A stretch of DNA of 64,000 nucleotides, taken from positions 1 through 64,000 of the forward strand of contig JBEWZL010000108.1 in assembly GCA_045837725.1 (NCBI GenBank), in the 5' to 3' direction. Shown piece by piece: positions 62,123 to 64,000 of this stretch (position 1 is its first letter; every line of letters starts with the position of its first letter). Made by a program: the position numbers and the translations under genes. This DNA is from Vermamoeba vermiformis (Eukaryota). The notes under the pieces are model-generated. The model was not told the DNA's origin. It saw nothing but the letters and a program-made list of their open reading frames with translations, and ran no database searches.

Positions 62123-64000
62123 TTATCCAAGTTGAACAGGATCGGCAGGAGCTTCTTCGAATTCCTTCTTGCGCATCAATTTGAACATAACGGGGCGAGG
62201 AGGTCTGAAAATTCCAACAGGCTGTTGTTGCGGGAAGAAGTCGCGAGCCTTTCCAGGTGATTCAGCGTTGTAGTACTCGAAGAAGAGATATAAGAACGTT
62301 TTAACGGTGATGCTCACGAGATTTCGGCCAGTACACGGATGCTGACCAACTCCGAACGCGATCTGGTTTTCGTTGAGAATGCCCTCGGTCTTGAAACGAT
62401 CAGGGTTGAACTCGTGGACGTTAGTGAAGACGTTAGGATCGTTCATAACTGTTCCGTAAGCCAAACCAAGCATTGTTCCTAAAAAGGAAATTTATCAATT
62501 TTATTTTCAAGCTATGGATCTGATTAAGACGAATAAAAGTACGTACCTTTCTTAATAAAGAAGCTCTGCTTGCCGTTATCGAGAACGAAATCTTTCTCGG
62601 CCTTTCTGAAGGACAAAGCGGCAGCGCACATCCGAACGACTTCTTGAATGCATCGATCGACGAGGCTTCTCTTGGTTGGGTCTCTGTCGTAGGTCATGAA
62701 ATTAACAAGCCCTTCCTTAGTCTTATAATGGTGGTTATATTCTTCGGATTGGCTCTGAAGTTCTTCGAGCTATTACGAAAAACAAATTAGATCCCGGCAA
62801 ACATCGTGCAGACTAGCATAAGTAATACTTACAATATGCTTGTTTTCAGGCGAGTAAATAAGAACCAACAACCAGGAGATAGCGGCGAAGTTGTTAGCTG
62901 ATCCAGCGAAGAAGATCCAAAGAATACGAGTAGCAAGAGAGCCCAAGTCTAATAGACCAGTTTCTGTTATTCGTTAGCATGACTTAATTATAATACTACG
63001 GTTAATACGTACCTTCATTCTTTGAGGCTTCAGTAATTACTTCGAAAAAGACCTCTTCGTCGGGTTTTGGACGATCTACGAGTGATTGAATGACTTTCTT
63101 CCAGCGTTGCCATTTTCGTTCAATTTCGAATCTGCCAATAGTAAGGTTGTTGATAATTCTTGTTGGAGAGCCCAAGTTCTCTTCGACATCCAGATCTCGG
63201 AACGCGTGGTAGAATTCTTCAAATTGCTCGGCGGAAGTTTCGCCAATAAGGCATCTAAAATTAAGCGTTAATATATCTTTGTTCGAGTTAATATAGCAGA
63301 CTTCTACGTACCGGTAAAGGAAATAAATAACCATTTTGTAAACTTGAGGGAACAGATCGATCTCCATTTCAGTCTTGTTCCAATTAGTGCTGAAGTACTT
63401 CTTGACCTCACTACGCATAAGGTCGATGAACCCAACAAACCGATCGGTAGTAAGACTCTTTCGAAGGAAACCATTGACTTTCGAGTCGGATGTGACCTTC
63501 TCGGTCATTTCTTTCGGCATTGAAAGCTTGAAAAAGAACTAAAAAAATAATTTTTAGATTTCCTAATTAGGAAATAAGAACAAAATTACTAAACTTACTT
63601 CGAATCCTTTGAGAATAGAAGCCGTTTCTTCAGTCAAATGATGATAGGCTTGAGCAAAGTCAGTGCCAATACAAACGACGACTTCGCCAGCGAATGGAAT
63701 TTTAGCGCTCACTACTGGTCCTTTGCGATCGCGCAACTTCAACAAGAAGTCGTTGTGAATGAGGTTCTTGTCCATACGCAGCGGGAAGATCTCCCACAAC
63801 CAGACACGTGGAACTCGCTGGGCGATGAGGGTATTCTTTCCATTCTTACTTCTAGATGTCTTAACGACGGATTGAGCAGGCTTGATCTCGCAAGGGACAG
63901 TTGTCTTGTTGAGATCAAGATTCGGATCGGATTCTGCAAGTTCATTCTTGAGGTGGGTATTGTGTGCTCCAGAAGAAGGAGTTGTAGAATCGATATGGAG
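62123..64000 (-). CDS. Cytochrome P450 (sterol-type, CYP51/CYP7-clan-like), 5' end beyond the window
   Basis: Heme motif FGVGQHPCTG, EVVR (ExxR), PDRF and I-helix FAGSANNFAAISW. Confidence 0.9.

Overview
Gene-dense, intron-rich eukaryotic DNA with short (~45-70 nt) GT-AG introns and the standard code, most likely an amoebozoan, given SadA-like and Sib-like adhesion genes and an F-box/LRR family. Bases 1-6452 are a repeat/mobile-element block: two related palindromic minisatellite arrays, two identical 77-bp termini, a CpG-decay signature, and spliced but apparently non-coding exon chains. About 19 genes follow. The most striking is a ~1,750-aa spliced ORF (22713-28627, minus) that joins tandem Tudor/Agenet-like barrels, a GREB1/TET-associated (base-J-type) glycosyltransferase domain and a ResIII/UvsW-like SF2 helicase. 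It is a candidate chromatin-directed DNA-hypermodifying enzyme. Other notable items: a head-to-head SadA-like/Sib-like gene pair, a PARP-zinc-finger/F-box/XPA-like protein, a GG-ended MITE with an 8-bp TSD, a truncated EF-2 paralog, a DFS-variant PDK1-like kinase, and three F-box/LRR paralogs, one pseudogenised. All domain calls come from reading motifs by eye; no database searches were run.
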